A stretch of 64,000 bases of DNA from an uncultured Bacteroidales bacterium (GTDB taxonomy: Bacteria > Bacteroidota > Bacteroidia > Bacteroidales > FEN-979), in NCBI GenBank assembly GCA_903887775.1, contig CAISRB010000013.1:3074-67073 (forward strand). The letters run 5' to 3'. Shown piece by piece: positions 58,301 to 64,000 of the stretch (its first letter is position 1; every line of letters begins with the position of its first letter). The position numbers and the translations under genes are program-made. The notes under the pieces are model-generated. The model ran no database searches and was not told the origin of the DNA. It saw only the letters and a program-made list of their open reading frames with translations.

Positions 58301-60941
58301 TTTCCGTATGCCGGGGGGCGAAAAACAAGCGGCCTCGATGCTCACCCTTACAACGGATAAACCGAAATATAAGGTGGGCGAGACCGTGAAGCTTACTATC
58401 CCAACCTCCCCTGATGGAAGGGCATTGCTTACAGTTGAGAACGGTTCGGAGGTCCTTAAATCCTTCTGGACCCCGACCAGCAAAGGGAGCACCGATATCA
58501 GTTTTAAGATCAGCGAAGATATGGCGCCGAATTGCTATGCTTTCGTAACCCTGATCCAGCCTCATTCCCAGACTAAAAACGACCTGCCAATAAGGCTTTA
58601 CGGTGTGGTTCCCGTTTTTGTCGAGAACCCGGAAACCCACATAAAACCGGTCATCAGCATAAAAGGCAAACTTGTTCCTATGCAGTCAGCCACCATAACA
58701 GTAAAAGAGGCTATGGGAAAGCCTATGTCATTTACCCTCGCTGTGGTTGATGAAGGCCTGCTTGATCTCACACGGTTCAAAACTCCTGATCCCTGGAGTG
58801 TATTCTACGCCCGGGAAGCGCTTGGCGTAAAAACCTGGGACCTTTACGACCAGGTGATGGGCGCTTTCAGCGGAGATCTGCAAAGGATACTGAGCATAGG
58901 CGGCGACCAGGACCTGCTGCGCAGAGGCAGTCTCAAAGCAAACCGCTTTAAACCCATGGTAAGGTTCTTCGGGCCCTATGAGCTGAAAAAAGGGGAATCG
59001 AAAACCACCACCTTCACGATGCCTGAATACATTGGATCGGTAAGGGTAATGGTGGTTGCAGGCTATAAGGGGGCTTACGGTTCGGAAGAACAGACTGCGG
59101 CAGTGAAAAAGCCACTGATGGTACAGGGCACCCTGCCCAGGGTGCTGGGCCCGGGCGAATCGGTGAAACTGCCGGTAAGTGTGTTTGCGATGGAGAAATC
59201 CGTTAAGAATGTGAAGGTAAGCATCGAGGTGAACAACTTTTTTGAGGTCAGCGGGGGAAATGCCCGTGAGCTTAGCTTTCTCAGTATTGGCGACCAGCTC
59301 GTGAACTTTGACCTGAAGGTGGGTGAAATGACCGGCATTGCCAAAGTGAAGATCCTCGCCTTGAGCGGGAGTGAAAGGGCCGAAAGCACTATCGAAATCG
59401 ATATCAGGGACCCCAACCTGCCGGTGACTGATCTGTTTGAAAAGGCTATACCCCCCGGGGGAAGCTGGAATACAGCCTTTGCCGCCAGGGGGATACCCGG
59501 TACCAACAGCGGTTCCCTGGAGCTTTCTTCGATGCCCTCGCTGAATCTCGAGAAATGGTTGTCATACCTGACCCATTATCCTTACGGCTGTATTGAACAA
59601 TTGACTTCTTCGGTATTCCCCCAGCTGTATCTGAAAGACCTCGTGGAACTCAGCAGCGAAACCAAATCCACGACAGAGCAGAATATCAAATCGGGGATCC
59701 AGATGCTGAAATCATTCCAGCTGGCTAACGGCGGGTTGGCATACTGGCCGGGTTCGGCTTATGCCGACGACTGGGGGACCAGCTATGCCGGCCATTTCAT
59801 GCTGGAAGCCGAAAAGAAAGGCTTTGCCCTGCCCGCTGCTTTCATGCAGGCATGGAAATCCTTCCAGAGGGAAAAAGCTGTGTCATGGACTGCCAACGCA
59901 AGCTGGGCTAACAATGACCTGGTACAGGCTTACCGCCTCTATACGCTGGCGCTGGCCAGGGCACCGGAACTCGGGGCAATGAACAAGCTGCTCGAGAAAA
60001 AGGACCTTTCCCTTACTGCAAAATGGAAACTTGCAGGGGCATACCTGCTTGCCGGCAAACCCGAAGCCGCACAGCAGCTGGTCAACGGGATTGGTACCAA
60101 TGTTGAGATCTACGTGGAGATGTGGGGAACCTATGGAACCGAACTCCGCGACAAGGCCATGATCCTTGAAGTGTTGACGATGCTGAACATGAAGACGAAG
60201 GCTGCTCCTCTTGCCCAAAGCATTGCAGGAGAACTGAACAAGGCGGGATGGCTGAGCACACAAACCAGCGCCTTTTGCCTTATAGCCCTCTGCAATTTTT
60301 ACGGTTCCTCCGCAGGCAGCGGGATCAATGCTTCCTTCAGTATTGACCGTAAAGATAAGGTGGATGTCACTACTGCAAAATCGATCTCTGTTTCAGGTAT
60401 TGACCCGTTACCCGGCCAAAAGCAAAACCTGGAAGTTACAAACAGGGGGAAGAATGCGATCTACGCGAAGCTTCTGATCAAGGGGATACCGGCTTACGGG
60501 GATTCCTCATCCGCCGACAACAACCTTAAACTGAACGTATCCTATACCGGGCTGAAAGGAGAAAAGATCAATGTCAGAAGCCTGGAGCAGGGAACCAATT
60601 TTGTTGCCATTGTGAAAGTGAGCAATCCCGGGCTTTTAGGGCCATACCAGAACCTGGCGCTCACACAGGTTTTCCCGTCGGGATGGGAGATCATGAATGC
60701 GAGGATGAGCGAAATGGCTTCGGCATTTACGAAGGCATCGGATTATACTTACCAGGATGTGCGCGATGACAGGGTGCTTACTTATTTCGACCTGGAGGCC
60801 GGCGAGACCAAAACGTTTAAGGTCCTGCTGATGGCTACTTACCAGGGTCGTTTCTACCAGCCGCCTGTGCAATGCGAGGCCATGTACTATGACGTCATTA
60901 ACTCACGTGTTCCCGGCCACTGGGTCGAAGTAGGGAAATAA
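55371..60941 (+). CDS. Bacterial alpha-2-macroglobulin (MG2 domain protein)
   Basis: ERGVWRPGD, LAVVDEG, thioester YPYGCIEQ, DVRDDRV and EAMYY. Confidence 0.95.
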   Translation: MSPRKKLLLFIGIPALVILVALVLIQLNGKSLKGPLMHVNSAFRQYVQAFTSGLVSTHSTIKIRMADDYVDSSSLIVAMKEDLLKIKPSIKGTSYWIDSRTIEFRPDEPLPPDQVYTVQFLLSKLLTVPDSMKTMEFQFQTIRQDFDVTIDNHKAYSEADLSKEKLTGTVFTADVADDKQVELMLTAKQDGRNLPVTWQHDSKNNQHNFQVDSIIRSTQASSVKLDWNANSIVAAADKQFTEEIAALGDFKWLELRNVAAGEPCFLLRFTDPLKHDQNLEGLIRIGKLSTVRYSIQDNELIIYPPAEMEGSPRLSIEPSLRNCQGKELGKRIVQNLSPEGNKPNVRFVGTGVIMPSSNNMLIPFEAVNLKAADVKVIRIYENNILQFLQINELGTNYDLSRVGRVVVNKTIPLNGVADYGRWNRFSIDMSTLIKAEPGAIYSVNISFKKQYSTYPCTTGETKQTPDMVFIRNTEKENDRESWNYYNSYDEEGNDNGGWENYRWNEKDDPCKASYYFNKTANRNVLASNLGMIAKGGSGNLFRVFVTDLISSKPVSGAEVEFYNYQQQKIGKTSTDGDGMAEIRLNSRPFIAVANKDKEKAWLKLAEGNSVSLSMFDVGGEPVQKGIKGFIYGERGVWRPGDSIYLTFILDDKTGKLPANHPVSLSLYNPSGQMVSRSVLTSSVNGFYSFRTTTPPAAHTGNWLAKVKVGGAEFQKTLKIETVKPNRLKIRMDFNKAYLQKNKIPPVMLQADWLTGAIARGLKAQVNLTLTKSVTAFKQFPNYTFDNPTAGFAAENISVFDGKLNEEGKATITPVIHVTNVAPGVLNASFETKVFEDGGDFSIDRFTIPYYPYVSFAGLSVPLPSARERVLYTDKPYNISLVNVDPDGNIISSNKLKVEVFKLEWRWWWDDSEKGSADFVSTSHLRPVDSATVKTVNGKASYEFRVDYEEWGRYLIKVTDRSSGHMAGKVVYVDWPGYFRMPGGEKQAASMLTLTTDKPKYKVGETVKLTIPTSPDGRALLTVENGSEVLKSFWTPTSKGSTDISFKISEDMAPNCYAFVTLIQPHSQTKNDLPIRLYGVVPVFVENPETHIKPVISIKGKLVPMQSATITVKEAMGKPMSFTLAVVDEGLLDLTRFKTPDPWSVFYAREALGVKTWDLYDQVMGAFSGDLQRILSIGGDQDLLRRGSLKANRFKPMVRFFGPYELKKGESKTTTFTMPEYIGSVRVMVVAGYKGAYGSEEQTAAVKKPLMVQGTLPRVLGPGESVKLPVSVFAMEKSVKNVKVSIEVNNFFEVSGGNARELSFLSIGDQLVNFDLKVGEMTGIAKVKILALSGSERAESTIEIDIRDPNLPVTDLFEKAIPPGGSWNTAFAARGIPGTNSGSLELSSMPSLNLEKWLSYLTHYPYGCIEQLTSSVFPQLYLKDLVELSSETKSTTEQNIKSGIQMLKSFQLANGGLAYWPGSAYADDWGTSYAGHFMLEAEKKGFALPAAFMQAWKSFQREKAVSWTANASWANNDLVQAYRLYTLALARAPELGAMNKLLEKKDLSLTAKWKLAGAYLLAGKPEAAQQLVNGIGTNVEIYVEMWGTYGTELRDKAMILEVLTMLNMKTKAAPLAQSIAGELNKAGWLSTQTSAFCLIALCNFYGSSAGSGINASFSIDRKDKVDVTTAKSISVSGIDPLPGQKQNLEVTNRGKNAIYAKLLIKGIPAYGDSSSADNNLKLNVSYTGLKGEKINVRSLEQGTNFVAIVKVSNPGLLGPYQNLALTQVFPSGWEIMNARMSEMASAFTKASDYTYQDVRDDRVLTYFDLEAGETKTFKVLLMATYQGRFYQPPVQCEAMYYDVINSRVPGHWVEVGK

Positions 60942-60943
60942 AC

Positions 60944-63406
60944 ATGGCCGGGGTGAATTGTGAAGCAATCGCGGGCATGCAAAAAAAGGAGAACTGGTTG
61001 CGGGCTGCAATGCGGCGAATTCTCTTTTTATCAAAATGGTATTACTGGTTAGTCGCGGTAATCCTGCTTTACCTGCTGCTGCTGTTGCTTTGGCCCCGGC
61101 ATTTGTTCAACGATCCGACCTCCACCGTGGCCTGTGACCGTGAAATGCGACTGCTGGGAGCCAGGATCTCGGCCGATCAGCAATGGCGCTTTCCTGAAAG
61201 TGAGGAGGTGCCTGAAAAATTTAGGAAAGCCATTCTCTGTTACGAAGACCGCTGGTTCAGGTATCATCCTGGCTTTAATCCGGTTGCCCTTGCAAGGGCG
61301 GCGGTTCTTAACATAAAACATCATAAGATCGTCAGCGGGGGAAGTACCATCAGTATGCAGGTGATACGCCTTGCAAGGAAGAACCGCAACAGGACCTATA
61401 TTGAAAAAACCCTCGAGATAAGCCTGGCTTTTTTAATGGAACTCACGCATTCGAAGAAGGAGATCCTCAGGCTCTACGCTTCCCATGCGCCTTTTGGCGG
61501 CAATGTGATTGGACTGGAAGCGGCGGCATGGAGATATTTCGGGGTAAGCGCTTCCCGGCTTTCCTGGGCCGAAGCCGCAGCCCTGGCAGTCCTGCCCAAC
61601 AGCCCCGGCCTGATCTATCCCGGAAGGAATCCGCGTAACCTTCTTGCGAAAAGGAACCGCCTGCTCGATATGCTGTGGCAGGAGGGAACGATAGATTTAA
61701 GGACCTGTGAGCTCGCCAAAAGCGAACTCCTGCCAGAAAAACCTTATGCCCTTCCCAACCTTGCCCCTCACCTTCTCAACCGCTTAGTCAAAGAAGGTTA
61801 TAAGGGTGAGAGAGTGATAACGAATATCGATGCGGGTCTGCAGGAAAGGGTTAATACCATTCTTGAAATGCACGGGATCCAGCTTGCTGCCAATGAAATC
61901 CATAATGCAGCAGCTGTCGTCCTTGAAGTGAATACGGGAAATGTCCTGGCTTATGCAGGCAACCTGCGCCGCCTGGGAAAGGCAGATTACGGAAACGATG
62001 TTGATGTGATCATTTCACCACGAAGCACGGGCAGCATCATGAAGCCTTTCCTTTACGCTGCCATGCTCAACGACGCCCTGATCCTCCCGAATACCCTGAT
62101 CCCTGATATCCCTGTGCAGATAGGGGGATTCATTCCTGAGAACTACAGCCTTTCTTATGACGGGGCTGTGCCTGCAAAGCGGGCCTTATCAAGGTCCCTG
62201 AATGTTCCTGCGGTGAAAATGCTTCAGACATACGGCTATACACCTTTCTACAATCTTCTGAAAAATATCGGGATGACCAGCCTTAACAAACCGGCCGATC
62301 ATTATGGCCTGGCAATCATACTCGGAGGGGCTGAAGCGAAGTTATGGGACCTGGCCGGAATGTATGCATCGATGGCGAGAACCCTGAATCATTTTTCACC
62401 TGATCATCCGGGATATAATAAAGCTGATTTCCACCCCCCGGTTCTGCTCGGCAATCCCGATTTGAAGCCGCTTAAGTATAACAACCCATCTTCCTGGTTC
62501 GACGCAGCTTCGGTCTGGCTTACTTTTGAAGCCATGGTTGAAGTTTCGCGCCCCGACGAAGAGGCACAATGGCAGCAGTTTTCCTCTTCGCATAAGATCG
62601 CCTGGAAAACAGGAACGAGCTTTGGTAACCGTGATGCCTGGTCAATAGGAATAACTCCGGAATACGTGGTTGCGGTATGGGTAGGGAATGCCTCAGGGGA
62701 AGGCCGGCCGGGGCTTACAGGAATAGCTGTTGCTGCCCCCATACTTTTCGATATCTTTAAAATCCTCCCTTCCGCCACATGGTTCCGTACACCGGAGGAA
62801 GAGATGGTCAAAATTCCCGTTTGCCGTTACAGCGGCTACAGGGCTTCATCGATCTGCGAATTCAAAGACTCGGCCTGGGTTCAGAAAAAAGGTACACGTA
62901 CTGCCGCCTGCCCCTTCCACCAACTTATCCATCTTGACAAGACCGGCAAATGGCAGGTCAACTCAGGATGTGAATCGACCGATGCCATGCAGCATGTTTC
63001 ATGGTTTATTCTGCCGCCAGTGCAGGAATGGTATTTCCGGACAAAAAACCCGTTCTACAGGATGCTTCCTCCGTTTCGGCCGGGCTGTACCCAGAATGCC
63101 GGGAACCGCAATATGGACCTGATCTATCCGAAAGACGGAAGTACGTTGTATGTGCCGGTCGATCTGGACGGGAAAACCGGAAGTACCGTGTTTAAAGCTG
63201 CCCATCATAATCCGGATGCAATCATCTACTGGCATCTCGATGATCAGTTCATAGGCTCAACGAAGCAGTCGCACCAGATGGCTCTTTCACCCGAAAGAGG
63301 ATTTCACAGGCTTACGCTGGTAGACCAGTACGGGGAGTCCATCAGTACAGGATTTGAAATACTGAGCAAGGAGAAAAACATCCCCTCATCCGTTAAAACC
63401 CCATAA
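60944..63406 (+). CDS. pbpC: Penicillin-binding protein 1C
   Basis: EDRWF..HPG, GGSTISMQ, SIMK (SxxK), SLN and KTGT; typical partner of alpha-2-macroglobulin. The true start may lie slightly downstream. Confidence 0.95.
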   Translation: MAGVNCEAIAGMQKKENWLRAAMRRILFLSKWYYWLVAVILLYLLLLLLWPRHLFNDPTSTVACDREMRLLGARISADQQWRFPESEEVPEKFRKAILCYEDRWFRYHPGFNPVALARAAVLNIKHHKIVSGGSTISMQVIRLARKNRNRTYIEKTLEISLAFLMELTHSKKEILRLYASHAPFGGNVIGLEAAAWRYFGVSASRLSWAEAAALAVLPNSPGLIYPGRNPRNLLAKRNRLLDMLWQEGTIDLRTCELAKSELLPEKPYALPNLAPHLLNRLVKEGYKGERVITNIDAGLQERVNTILEMHGIQLAANEIHNAAAVVLEVNTGNVLAYAGNLRRLGKADYGNDVDVIISPRSTGSIMKPFLYAAMLNDALILPNTLIPDIPVQIGGFIPENYSLSYDGAVPAKRALSRSLNVPAVKMLQTYGYTPFYNLLKNIGMTSLNKPADHYGLAIILGGAEAKLWDLAGMYASMARTLNHFSPDHPGYNKADFHPPVLLGNPDLKPLKYNNPSSWFDAASVWLTFEAMVEVSRPDEEAQWQQFSSSHKIAWKTGTSFGNRDAWSIGITPEYVVAVWVGNASGEGRPGLTGIAVAAPILFDIFKILPSATWFRTPEEEMVKIPVCRYSGYRASSICEFKDSAWVQKKGTRTAACPFHQLIHLDKTGKWQVNSGCESTDAMQHVSWFILPPVQEWYFRTKNPFYRMLPPFRPGCTQNAGNRNMDLIYPKDGSTLYVPVDLDGKTGSTVFKAAHHNPDAIIYWHLDDQFIGSTKQSHQMALSPERGFHRLTLVDQYGESISTGFEILSKEKNIPSSVKTP

Positions 63407-63419
63407 ATATTGGAATCCT

Positions 63420-63998
63420 TTACTTCTCTTTCCTGACCATAAAAAACACGCAGGAATCATCCACTTCCTTTATGGTGACATGGATCCCGCGTATCCAGCG
63501 AACATGTTGAAGGAATTTTTTCGGGCCGAGGGCCGAGGGATAAAAATCCTCTTTACAAACCGGCCTGCTGTTCCCCGTTTTTTCCGTGTTGGTTTCTTTT
63601 ACCAGTCCGGCCTTTAACTGTAGATTAAACCATTTCAGGCGGTGTTCCGAGAACTTTTCTGTATAAGAGGTGAATAAGGCAATTCCTCCTGGCTTCGTCA
63701 CACGGACAGCTTCTTTGATCAATGCACGCTGGTCGACCTGAAAAGCTGAAATGCCGTTCTGCAAGCAAAGCACGACATCCATTGTGTTGGCGCTGAACGT
63801 AAGTTTCAGGGCATTCATATGCTGAAGCCAGAAATGATGAACATTTTTAAGGTATTTCTGCCCGAACAGTAAATATTGTATTGAAGTGTCGATCCCATGA
63901 ACGAATTTTGCCTTTTTTGCCAGCTGAGGGATCAAACGACCGTAACCACAGCCAAGGTCCAGCACAACATCCGAACGGCTGATCTTACTTAGGGCAAA
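63420..63998 (-). CDS. Class I SAM-dependent methyltransferase, 5'-truncated by the window edge
   Basis: VLDLGCGYG, GID and VRVTKPGG; frame is open to the window end. Confidence 0.88.
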   Translation of the reverse strand, partial: FALSKISRSDVVLDLGCGYGRLIPQLAKKAKFVHGIDTSIQYLLFGQKYLKNVHHFWLQHMNALKLTFSANTMDVVLCLQNGISAFQVDQRALIKEAVRVTKPGGIALFTSYTEKFSEHRLKWFNLQLKAGLVKETNTEKTGNSRPVCKEDFYPSALGPKKFLQHVRWIRGIHVTIKEVDDSCVFFMVRKEK

Positions 63999-64000
63999 AT

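Noticed and set aside
57651..58640. 329-aa antisense ORF (similar cases at 8792-9478, 35237-35893 and 41131-41862)
   Set aside because: Shadow frames opposite well-supported genes, with no recognisable motifs.
55371..63406. Alpha-2-macroglobulin plus pbpC as a novel defence system
   Set aside because: This is a well-described conserved pair with a canonical CxEQ thioester.

Overview
Chromosomal segment of a Bacteroidota (probably Bacteroidales-like) bacterium. The assignment rests on TAnnTTTG -7 promoter elements, T9SS C-terminal domains, a separate atpD-atpC pair, and the ileS-dksA-lspA, yceD-rpmF-plsX-fabH and glycogen synthase-DUF4270-glmS syntenies. Most genes are housekeeping or envelope functions (RND pump, S41 proteases, SOD, pABA synthesis, alpha-2-macroglobulin/PBP1C). 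I saw no rRNA, tRNA, CRISPR array, integrase or transposase. The most unusual items are: (1) a ~1077-aa single-chain fusion whose domain order matches the four subunits of archaeal-type dye-linked proline dehydrogenase, next to a classical ProDH; (2) five 7-bp-period tandem arrays, each with a different unit, often inverted and abutting stop codons, one translated inside pabC; (3) divergent pabB and pabA whose start codons overlap in one CATG; (4) a visibly AT-richer island with a TPR histidine kinase/LuxR-type pair, a Cys-rich lipoprotein, two T9SS cargo proteins and a toxin-antitoxin-like pair; (5) a BlaI partner gene lacking its M56 protease domain, and a nitroreductase remnant. All calls come from reading motifs by eye. 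No database searches or computations were run.
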